From: Gemmatimonadota bacterium
GTDB taxonomy: Bacteria; Latescibacterota; UBA2968; UBA8231
Direction of reading: 5' to 3'
DNA length: 64,000 bases
Assembly: GCA_038153405.1 (NCBI GenBank)
Contig: JAYOYH010000009.1
Location: 28,725 to 92,724, forward strand
Positions 56,601 to 64,000 of this stretch are shown one piece after another. The notes under the pieces are model-generated. The model did not search any database. It had not been told where the DNA came from and saw only the letters and a program-made list of their open reading frames with translations. Each line of letters opens with the position of its first letter. The first letter of the stretch is position 1. A program made the position numbers and the translations under genes.

Positions 56601-59431
56601 CTGGCGTGCGCGCCATTCCCATCACGCATACGGATACGCTGACGAGCAGCTATGTAGAATTCTCGTGGGATATTAGAGATTCAGTCGCCGTGCGCGTCGG
56701 GGCGAGCATCGACTCGCAGACGGTAGCTGAGGGCAGCTACTTTATTTACCTGGTCGCCAGCGACTCAATTTCTACCACCGTGGGGCAGAGCGAGGCGATG
56801 CTGACGGTTAAGCATTCGCCTTCGTTTACCTTTTACGAGCCGCCGCGCGACACGCATCGCCGCATCAATACGGGATCGCAGCCCATTTTCACCGTGCAGT
56901 GGCAGAAGGGACGCAGCGACCTCGACTTCGACGACAATGCGACGATAGATCTCTACTTTACGACGGACAGTCCCGCCGTCGTCAACTACGAGAACTACGC
57001 CGATTCGCTGCTCAAGGACAGCGATACGCGCGTGATCGTCAAAGGCCTGCGCGAAGATGCTGAAGGCGCATCCGATATGTATGTCTGGGATTTGCGCAAT
57101 CCACCCAACGATACGCCGCTCAGCGGGCAGAAAGTCTGGCTATACGCCATGATCAGCGACGAGCGCGGCAACAGCACTACGGCACTGGGTGGCGCGCTAA
57201 CCATGACGCACGATCCGCATATCAACTTGCTCAGTTCCAAGTTGGACGACTACGATGCATTCGTTAAAAACGACGTTCTACGCCTCAAGTGGGATGATTA
57301 TATGGTAGACGATGGTGTGGGCACAGACGATGCCTACATCCGCCTCTATGCATCCACGCAGGCCAATCTGACTACGCTGTCGGCGTTAGAAGCCGACGTG
57401 GGCGTCAACGGCTTTCTCATCAATAGCTCGAACGGATTGACGACGGGAACGATTGCCAGCGTGCGCGAGGACAGTGCTAATTTTTTCGATTGGAACACCA
57501 AGCTATTTGGTGCCGCGGTCAACTATTACGTGTATGCAGCTATCAGCAGGGATGCGACGTTTAGCAACAATGCCGCGACGACGTTTAGCCGCAGCGCCAC
57601 GGCGCTGACTATTGGCGCGGGTAGCGCCACGCCGAATATCAGCTTGAGTCCAACGGATCAAACTGTGGCGGTCAATGATACCGTGACGCTGGACGTCATG
57701 GTGCAGCACAGCAGTGCGATCAATTTCGTGCAAGTTGTGCTCAACTTTGGCGATTCCAGCTTCTCTATAGTCGACCAGAGCACGGACGCCGGACTGCAGC
57801 CCTTTATCGATTTAAATCAGGTATTTTCCGGGGCCACGCCCATCGAGAATGCCTACGATTCATCCGCTTCTAAACTGCGCTTCGCCAAGTCTACGTTCCA
57901 AGGTGAGCTAGTCGGTTCGGCTACGCAGCCAGCTCGCCTGGCGCGTTTTCAGCTGGTGCCAACCTCCAGCCTAGCGGCGACGCCGTCCGTCACTTTTCAG
58001 ACGGGGGAAACGGGCACGGTATTGGGCGTAGTGGGCAAAACTGATCCGCTCGACAACGGCGAGGGATTATCGCTGCTAGACCCCAATTTCAAGCGCGTCG
58101 AGCGCGGCAGCATTACGGCGGTGGTCGAGTTGGAAGGGCGCACGCTGGGATCGGGTGACTTCTCCTCTCTGTTGGATATACATCTGCGCCACCCCGGCAG
58201 CACAATCGACATTGCAGATGCCGTTTTTCTCAGCGCTAACGATGCCAACGTCTCTACGACGGATACGCTCGAAAAACAGAGTGCCGCCAATGGCGCACTG
58301 ACGTTGACGAATGTGCCGGCTGGACGCTACGTGCTGACGGTCAAAGACACCAGCCACGTCAGCGCGCGCACGGATACGTTTACCGTAAGCAATGGGCAAA
58401 CGGTTGCCGTTGGCAGCGACATTCCCGGGTTTTTTGGCTCGGACCTGCGCGGCGATCCGACGACGACGCTGGCCAATTCGGGCAGGCGGCTGATTGCCGG
58501 GGATGCCAGCGAAGACAACGAAATTAACGAAGACGACGTCAATATTATAATTGCCGCCTGGGGCGCCAATAGCGCGGTGGCCAATTTTCGCCAGGCCGAC
58601 CTAAACAACGACAACCAAGTCGGCGCGGCCGACCTAACGGCGACGACCTCTAATTTTGGCAATAGCGAGGGCTTTGGTGCACCGCCCGTATACAAGCGCG
58701 CTGCGGCGGGAGATAATGCAGGTTCATCCATTGAAGTCGTTCCGCTCTTCGATCGCCGCGTCGCTCCCTTTGTCGGCCAGCGCGTAGATGTGGTCGTGCA
58801 GGCGCGCGACTTGGACGATCTGGCCGGCTATGAGTTCGATCTTCAGTTCGATCCGCGCGCCCTGCGCCTGCTGCCGGGCGGCCAACAGGCCGGCGACGTA
58901 TTTGGCGGCAATCCGCGCGGGGCAGTATTCGACGCGCGCGTCGACGATGCCGGGCATCTGCGCGTCATGGCCTCGCGCTACGGCAAGGAGTGGTCGGCAC
59001 AGGGCGATGGCCAGTTGGTCAGGCTGCGCTTTGAAGTGCTGCGCGAAGATGCGCTGCAGACGCTGCAGCCGGGCGGCGGCACGCTGTTGAGCACGCTATA
59101 CGACCAACAGCCGGTTCGTTGGGGAGGGTCGCTGCTCGACTGGATCCTGCCGCAGGTGCCTGATTTAGCGCAAAATTTCCCCAATCCCTTTAATCCGAGC
59201 ACCAGCATTCCACTGGCGCTGCCCCAGCGCACCCAGGTGCGCCTAGCCGTCTTTAACGTGCTGGGTCAGAAGGTGCGCACGCTGATCGACGGGCCGATGG
59301 AAGCCGGCTATCACACCATGGTGTGGAACGGTCGCGATGAAGCGGGTAGCCAAGCGGCAGCCGGCACCTACTTCTACCTGCTGGAAGCCGACCAATTTCG
59401 CCAGACGCGCAAGATGACGTTGGTTAAGTGA
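53693..59431 (+). CDS. Giant secreted protein B (about 1912 aa): BNR/Asp-box propeller-like region, four unknown ~140-aa modules, cohesin-like / dockerin / cohesin-like region, Por/FlgD-type C-terminal domain
   Basis: Asp-box motifs (ARSEDSGRTFS, YSQNGGASW). A dockerin-like pair of Ca loops (DASEDNEINEDD and DLNNDNQVGAAD). Cohesin-like segments (VTLDVMVQHSSAINFVQVVLNFG, VDVVVQARDLDDLAGYEFDLQFDP). C-terminus LAQNFPNPFNPSTSIP...GTYFYLLEADQFRQTRKMTLVK. Start trimmed to ATG 53693; the listed start is TTG 53645. Confidence 0.9.
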   Translation: MVKSFSAQSTLRVHQSYWQRSTRYSIPWITAGLLLLLWLAPRVYGAAPIFENRTPVGFSTADSTTQQDFVLGGEIVVRADLNQAATPTYPVIGHFHNIERSVQVEGSDVDGLQTDIAVDGDGTVHMAWIAQEVVSPVSTPVYYVRYARSEDSGRTFSAPVSVSGGLRFDLLTVNTAANSSGFSTLDLEVDSRGNPRVAYAMNHSPDGHTAKFSGSGDADNVYFNYSQNGGASWLPSDRAIVVNDTVTLGNLQGRASAFPRLVVDQRDNIFISYVRGSSQGSGNDDIMLAKVDRSTTPFDMERVGSLGGVGSSGGVRISPEAGRHSGPDLAVGTGDVLHLIYFNDTGNDIEHKTLLADSWNTVGGTGWNQSVDGADVDDFVDEATVAAIESDANFFFPSIAVDKQSSPDKVYAVYKFGDATFETVAFNRYTYDNAIGGSAGWNTAAAMPVWSTATSPVFADGNAAYNIELEWTHTERVAVLVDDRLPDRGEVHIAFSAGYSSSGEHDIYYGYYNGASWILPEKVADDDSDTGVEDGIATSDVYLASPALAKATGQSNLFMAFSGGAGEGLGINGVSDVNGHAYFKVLGRSITSEDESVPVGAFAYNLSYTPVNPQNHSSAIDDNLVYVHVADNVDGTRLGATGRRQTDGFLAGDWESVGVRSSDDDKYFEGRFNEDASSGQEWGDDDDKIGLLVKFNVLGSDSPVNVQVITNSTASASGTGLGARSVRVGTDPSAIAGVGSFFMLGADIDIIDSNTAPRVQVLQPDGVGDEANTSYPIMYNLSDTDDQIVSGGLKAALYFSPDSSLASVQDIRIFATLIADENDQTSVFSSGTNDLSEGLSESYTWDDPPTALKAKLFASINQVISGKYYIYLVADDQKNPPVFARSPGALTIKHVPIIVHVDPAMADTVDTGVRSGATANPYDLDFTVRDFDLQGAAEIQLFYSSVSGLQSVSVIGTFPNQKFTLGKSASGVRAIPITHTDTLTSSYVEFSWDIRDSVAVRVGASIDSQTVAEGSYFIYLVASDSISTTVGQSEAMLTVKHSPSFTFYEPPRDTHRRINTGSQPIFTVQWQKGRSDLDFDDNATIDLYFTTDSPAVVNYENYADSLLKDSDTRVIVKGLREDAEGASDMYVWDLRNPPNDTPLSGQKVWLYAMISDERGNSTTALGGALTMTHDPHINLLSSKLDDYDAFVKNDVLRLKWDDYMVDDGVGTDDAYIRLYASTQANLTTLSALEADVGVNGFLINSSNGLTTGTIASVREDSANFFDWNTKLFGAAVNYYVYAAISRDATFSNNAATTFSRSATALTIGAGSATPNISLSPTDQTVAVNDTVTLDVMVQHSSAINFVQVVLNFGDSSFSIVDQSTDAGLQPFIDLNQVFSGATPIENAYDSSASKLRFAKSTFQGELVGSATQPARLARFQLVPTSSLAATPSVTFQTGETGTVLGVVGKTDPLDNGEGLSLLDPNFKRVERGSITAVVELEGRTLGSGDFSSLLDIHLRHPGSTIDIADAVFLSANDANVSTTDTLEKQSAANGALTLTNVPAGRYVLTVKDTSHVSARTDTFTVSNGQTVAVGSDIPGFFGSDLRGDPTTTLANSGRRLIAGDASEDNEINEDDVNIIIAAWGANSAVANFRQADLNNDNQVGAADLTATTSNFGNSEGFGAPPVYKRAAAGDNAGSSIEVVPLFDRRVAPFVGQRVDVVVQARDLDDLAGYEFDLQFDPRALRLLPGGQQAGDVFGGNPRGAVFDARVDDAGHLRVMASRYGKEWSAQGDGQLVRLRFEVLREDALQTLQPGGGTLLSTLYDQQPVRWGGSLLDWILPQVPDLAQNFPNPFNPSTSIPLALPQRTQVRLAVFNVLGQKVRTLIDGPMEAGYHTMVWNGRDEAGSQAAAGTYFYLLEADQFRQTRKMTLVK

Positions 59432-62400
59432 TGCTGCGCTCGGCAATCTACATGGCGTGTGCAGCACTCTGGGTAAGCGCGGCGCAGGCTGCCAAACCGG
59501 TATTTGAAAACGCCACGCCGGTCGGCTTTTCGCCGCAGGACAGCACCGTCGTCGAGGACTTTACGGCGGGCTCTACCGTCAGCGTGCGCGTCGATTTGGA
59601 CCGCGCGGCTACCTACGACTATCCGGTTGTAGGCCATTTTCACAATCTGGAAAAGAGCGTGCAGCTGGGATCGGTCGATACCGACGGCATGCAGGTCGAT
59701 ATCGCCATGGTCGACGTCGCGCCGTTTGGCGTGCGCGCCGAGGGGCCGGCCCTAGGACTTACCAGCACGGCCGTGCATCCGTCAATTCACATGGCGTGGA
59801 TTGAGCAGACGACGTCTGTGCCGCGCGCGAGCTTTCCCTATACGGGCGGCAGCACGCCGCTCTACCGCGTCATGTATGCGCGCAGTTCCGACGGCGGTGC
59901 GAATTTTTCCTCGCCGGTTGCCGTAAGCGGAAATATCACCTACCACCCACTGACGACCAACGGCAGCGGCAACTCGTTCTCGACGCTCGATTTGGAAGTA
60001 GACAGTGGCGGTCAACCGCGCGTGGCCTATGCCTTTGTCTCGACGGCCGATCACGAGCGCAAGAAAAACGTCTACTTCGCCTATTCGCAGGACGGGGGCG
60101 GCTCGTGGCAGACCCCCATTGTAGTTAATGACACCAAGGTAGGTGCGACGGAGAGTCGCAACACGGCCTTTCCGCGCATGATCGTAGACGATCGCGACAA
60201 CGTGTTTATCAGCTACGTGCGCGGCGCCAGTACGGGTGCGGGTAGCGACGACATTATGATGGCCAAGGTCAATCGCTTTTCCTCGCCCTTTTCCATTCTA
60301 CCCATAGGCGAGAGCGGCGGAACGGGCACGGGCGGCATTCGCCTGACGCCCAATGGCGATCGCAGCACGGGGCCCGACGTAGCGCTGGGTGACGGCGACG
60401 CGCTGCACGTGGTCTACTTCAGCGACACCAACAACCGCATCGAACACAAGCGCCTCGCCACCGATACGACGTGGGTGGACGTGAGTGCCGCGGGTTGGAA
60501 TCAGAACGCGGCCGGGGCCGCACTCTCTTCTTTTGTTGACGAAGCGGCGTCCAATGCGGGCATAGAAACAGATGCGACTTACTATTTTCCCAGCGTCGTC
60601 GTCGATCGCAACGCGTTGCCCGATCGGGTATACTCGCTGTTTAAGTGGGCCGACAATACGCCCGTAGAAGGCATCTACTTTAACGCCTACCGCGACGTAG
60701 GTGCGCTCGGAGGGAATGCTGCGTGGGGCACGGCGACCTCGCTGTGGAATACGGCGGGGACGGCCCTTTTTAGCGATGGCGCCAATGCCTACAACGTCGA
60801 GCTCGACTGGGAAATAACCGAGCGCGTAGCGGCCGTAGTTGACGATCGTCTAGAAGATAGGGGCGATCTCCACATCGCCTTTAGCGCCGGTTATAGCGGC
60901 GGCGGTGAGCATGATATCTACTACGCGCGCTACAACGGGACCTCGTGGACGCTGCCGGAAAAGGTCGCCGACGACGATTCGGACAGCGGCACGGAAGACG
61001 GCATTGCCGCGGCGGATGTGTTTCAGCTGAGTCCGGCGCTGGCCATGCATCCCGATTCGCTCAACGTATATATGGCCTTTGCCGGCGGCGCGGGCGAGGG
61101 ATTTGGTCTCGGACACGTGACCAATGTAAATCACCACGCCTATTTCAAGGTGCTAGGGCGCAATGCGACGTGGGAGGACGACTCGGTGCCGGTGGGCGCC
61201 TACCAGTACACGCTGTCCTATAAACCGGTTAACGCGCAGACGGTAGCTTCACAGGTGGACGACAATGTGATCTACGTGCACGTGGCCGATGCTGGGGATG
61301 GATCGGGGTTGGGTGCGCGCGCCGATTCGTCGGATGGGTTTTTGGCCGGCGACTGGGAGTCGGTGGGTCTGAAGCTAGTAGACAACGACAAGTATTATGA
61401 GGGAAGAGTAAACGAAGACAGCGCCGGTTCAAACGAGTGGGGAGACGACGACGACAAGATCGGTCTGCTGGTAAAGCTCAATGTACTAGGCAGCGATTCG
61501 TCGACCAATGTGCAGGTCATTACCAATAGTACGGCCAGCGCCGGAGGCACCGGATTGGCGGCGCGCAGCGTGCGCGTGGGCAGCAATCCATCGGGCGCGT
61601 TTGTCGGCGCCGGTTCGTTTTTCATGCTCGGTGCAAATATCGATATCGTCGCCAGCAATACGGCCCCGAGCGTTTCTATCGCCCAGCCCGACGGCAGCGG
61701 CGATACGGCCAATACGTCCTACGCCATTCAGTATAGCGCCACCGATGCCGACGACGATCTGGGCGGCAATTTAAAGATAGCCCTCTATGCCTATCCGACG
61801 GGCGGCCTGCGCAGCGTGCAGGACATACGCATCTTCGCGACGTTGATCGCCGACGAGAACGACCACGTGGCCGTCAACGCCAATGGCACGGGTGATCTGG
61901 CAGAAGGTTCCAGCGAGACCTATACCTGGGACGATCCGCCGCAGGCGCTGAAAAACGCGGCGCTCTTCGCCTCGATTCTCCGCGTGCCGAGTGGAAATTA
62001 CTACATCTACGCCGTGGTTGATGACCAGCGCAACCCGCCGGTCTATGCCGTCAGTCCCGGCCCCCTTACCGTGCGCCACGGCCCGATCGTCCAGCAGATT
62101 GATCCGGTGGTGGCCGATACGGTCGATACCGGCGTGCGCACCGGCCTGAAGGCCAATCCCTACGACCTCGACCTAAGCGTAGTCGACTACGATAGCGATG
62201 CGCGCGTGCAGCTTTTTTACTCGTCTGCCAGTGGTTTGACGTCGGTCTCAGTGCGGGGTAACTATCCCAACAACGCCTTTGTTCTGGGCAAGAGCATTGC
62301 CGGCACGCGCGCTACGGCCATTACAGCTTCGACGACTATGACGGCGCACAAAAGAGAATTTAGCTGGGACGTCACGTCGCCGCTCGTGGCACAGGGGGCC

Positions 62401-64000
62401 TATTATATCTACGCTGTCGCTACCGATTCGATTACGACTACCGTAGGACAGAGTAGCGTTCCGCTGGTGGTGCGCCACTCGCCTTCGTTCGCTTTTTACG
62501 AGCCGGCAGTCGATACGCAGCGCCGCATCGACTCGGGTTCGCAGCCGATCTATACAATTCAATGGCAAAAGGGACCTGGCGATAAGGATTTAGATAGCAA
62601 CGCCTCGATCGCGCTTTACTTCACGACGGACGACCCAGCCAGTACCGATCACGCGACGGCCTCCGGTGCTTCGCCGACGTCGCTGACGAGCGACGGCGAT
62701 ACTCGGCTGATTGTCAGCGGACTGACCGAAGACAGCGACGGTCCGGCCGATATGTATGCGTGGGATCTGCGCAATCCTCCCAATGCGCTGCCCAAGAGCG
62801 GACAGCGCGTGTGGATCTATGCGTTGATCAGCGATGGTACCAACACGACGGTTGCGCGCGGCGGTTCGCTAATTTGGACGCACAACCCCTTTGTCCTGCT
62901 CAAGACGCGCCTGCCCGATATAAGTCGCGGCGATATCGTACGCCTCGAGTGGGAAGACTATTTGGTCGACGATGGTTCGGGCACAGACGACGCCTACATA
63001 CGCCTCTACGCTGCTTCCAATGCTACGCACACTACGCTGCAATCTATTGAGAGCGATCTAATCGACGGAGGCAATGACGTCTTCATTATCAACAGCTCTG
63101 ACGGAACGGCGGGCGGCGCGATAACCAATCTGCGCGAAAGCGCGGACGATGCCTTTAACTGGGATACGAATACGGCCAGCTTTTCCATGGCAGAGGGTTC
63201 GTTTTCCATCTATGCGGGCATTAGTGCCGATCCGACTTTTGCCGACAACTCGACGGGGCGCCTGAGCAAGGCGTCCAATCCGCTGGTCGTTGGCGTCAGT
63301 AGCGGCACGACGCCACAGCTGTCGCTCAGCCCCAACAAAGTGGTGGCGGCAGCGGGCGATACGCTGACATTTGATGTGGTTGTTCAGTCCAGCGGCGAGT
63401 CGATTGAGTCGATTAGCGCCGTGATCGATGTGGACGCCAGCCTCTACACCGTGCTCAATAGCGGTACGCCCTTTACTGACCGAGGTGCGGTATTTGTAGG
63501 CGGTACGATTGCGGAAAACGCGTTTTCGAGCGGCAAACTGCGCTTTACCAAAAACAAGGCGGGCGGTGAAATCGTTGGCTCGACGCAAACGCAAAAGCCC
63601 CTGGCGCGCTTTCAGGTCGTGCTCAAGAGCGATTTCAGCAATGCGCATATGCTGCCTTTTGGGGCAGAAGCGGCCCTCAGCGTCAGCGGGGCATCCGCCG
63701 CTATCAAGCAGAGCAGCGGTCTGTCGGTGCAGAGCGCGCAGATCCGCTCCGTGGCGCGTGGTGCGTTGCTGGCTACGGTGATGCTCGAGGGGCGTGCGCT
63801 GGGCAACGGCAATCACGCGACGCTGCTCGACGTGCATCTGCGCCAACCGGGCAGCACCATCGATATTATAGATGCAACCTTTCGCGCCGCCAACGATGCC
63901 GATGCAACGAGTGCCGACACCGTCGAGGTGCAGACCGCATCGACGGGCGACTTTTCGCTCACCCATATTCCATCTGGGCGCTATGTGCTGACGGTTAAAG
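59431..64000 (+). CDS. Giant secreted protein C, a paralogue of B (more than 1523 aa, 3' end outside the window)
   Basis: Not in the ORF track because there is no stop in the window. ATG 59431 shares a base with the stop of B (GTGATG). My translation gives MLRSAIYMACAALWVSAAQAAKPVFENATPVGFSPQD..., colinear with B. It contains Asp-boxes (YARSSDGGANFS, YSQDGGGSW) and runs to LDVHLRQPGSTIDIIDATF...IPSGRYVLTVK at the window edge. No other forward ORF in this frame is listed between 59431 and 64000. Confidence 0.85.
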   Translation, partial: MLRSAIYMACAALWVSAAQAAKPVFENATPVGFSPQDSTVVEDFTAGSTVSVRVDLDRAATYDYPVVGHFHNLEKSVQLGSVDTDGMQVDIAMVDVAPFGVRAEGPALGLTSTAVHPSIHMAWIEQTTSVPRASFPYTGGSTPLYRVMYARSSDGGANFSSPVAVSGNITYHPLTTNGSGNSFSTLDLEVDSGGQPRVAYAFVSTADHERKKNVYFAYSQDGGGSWQTPIVVNDTKVGATESRNTAFPRMIVDDRDNVFISYVRGASTGAGSDDIMMAKVNRFSSPFSILPIGESGGTGTGGIRLTPNGDRSTGPDVALGDGDALHVVYFSDTNNRIEHKRLATDTTWVDVSAAGWNQNAAGAALSSFVDEAASNAGIETDATYYFPSVVVDRNALPDRVYSLFKWADNTPVEGIYFNAYRDVGALGGNAAWGTATSLWNTAGTALFSDGANAYNVELDWEITERVAAVVDDRLEDRGDLHIAFSAGYSGGGEHDIYYARYNGTSWTLPEKVADDDSDSGTEDGIAAADVFQLSPALAMHPDSLNVYMAFAGGAGEGFGLGHVTNVNHHAYFKVLGRNATWEDDSVPVGAYQYTLSYKPVNAQTVASQVDDNVIYVHVADAGDGSGLGARADSSDGFLAGDWESVGLKLVDNDKYYEGRVNEDSAGSNEWGDDDDKIGLLVKLNVLGSDSSTNVQVITNSTASAGGTGLAARSVRVGSNPSGAFVGAGSFFMLGANIDIVASNTAPSVSIAQPDGSGDTANTSYAIQYSATDADDDLGGNLKIALYAYPTGGLRSVQDIRIFATLIADENDHVAVNANGTGDLAEGSSETYTWDDPPQALKNAALFASILRVPSGNYYIYAVVDDQRNPPVYAVSPGPLTVRHGPIVQQIDPVVADTVDTGVRTGLKANPYDLDLSVVDYDSDARVQLFYSSASGLTSVSVRGNYPNNAFVLGKSIAGTRATAITASTTMTAHKREFSWDVTSPLVAQGAYYIYAVATDSITTTVGQSSVPLVVRHSPSFAFYEPAVDTQRRIDSGSQPIYTIQWQKGPGDKDLDSNASIALYFTTDDPASTDHATASGASPTSLTSDGDTRLIVSGLTEDSDGPADMYAWDLRNPPNALPKSGQRVWIYALISDGTNTTVARGGSLIWTHNPFVLLKTRLPDISRGDIVRLEWEDYLVDDGSGTDDAYIRLYAASNATHTTLQSIESDLIDGGNDVFIINSSDGTAGGAITNLRESADDAFNWDTNTASFSMAEGSFSIYAGISADPTFADNSTGRLSKASNPLVVGVSSGTTPQLSLSPNKVVAAAGDTLTFDVVVQSSGESIESISAVIDVDASLYTVLNSGTPFTDRGAVFVGGTIAENAFSSGKLRFTKNKAGGEIVGSTQTQKPLARFQVVLKSDFSNAHMLPFGAEAALSVSGASAAIKQSSGLSVQSAQIRSVARGALLATVMLEGRALGNGNHATLLDVHLRQPGSTIDIIDATFRAANDADATSADTVEVQTASTGDFSLTHIPSGRYVLTVK

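Overview
This is a GC-rich (roughly 60% by eye) bacterial chromosomal segment. It is almost fully coding on both strands, and many neighbouring genes have 1-4 nt stop/start overlaps. The ORF track translates alternative starts (GTG/TTG) as M, and many listed ORFs carry spurious N-terminal extensions, which I trimmed using RBS and gene-overlap logic.

Content from left to right:
- The tail of a MoxR/Bat-type module: C-terminus of a large coiled-coil protein, a TPR protein, a conserved secreted 419-aa protein, a MoxR AAA+ ATPase and DUF58.
- A complete sufB-C-D-S-U-T operon ending in an Rrf2 regulator.
- A Lys/Ala-repeat histone-H1-like protein.
- A minus-strand housekeeping block: UbiA prenyltransferase, enolase-superfamily dehydratase, hisS, esterase, aminotransferase, nadE.
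- An IHF/HU-like protein followed by a secreted M28 peptidase whose C-terminal sorting domain is perfectly duplicated in tandem (2 x 315 bp).
- A rhodanese / MoaB-like / SirC-like operon.
- An MdtABC-like efflux operon: an adaptor plus two RND pumps, the first with about 200 extra residues.
- A GT39-type glycosyltransferase, clpP and mutM.
- A protein made of three DUF5069-like repeats.
- A PuuD-like amidotransferase, a metallophosphoesterase, and an anaerobic sulfatase maturase with a SEC-C tail.
- A PmoA-family / Gfo-Idh-MocA pair.
- A cytochrome c' / dihaem cytochrome c pair abutting a truncated PhyH gene.
- From 49.4 kb to the window edge, a divergent locus of three giant secreted proteins (1347 aa, about 1912 aa, and more than 1523 aa). 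They combine BNR-type propellers, arrays of repeated modules, cohesin-like and dockerin modules, and Por/FlgD-type C-terminal domains.

The third giant gene (59431 to the window end) is absent from the ORF track because it has no stop inside the window. The giant-protein locus is the most interesting candidate for an undescribed system.

The type of C-terminal domain suggests an FCB-superphylum-like organism; this is inference only. I recognised no rRNA, tRNA, CRISPR array, transposase or integrase. All domain calls are by-eye motif recognition, not HMM or database results.
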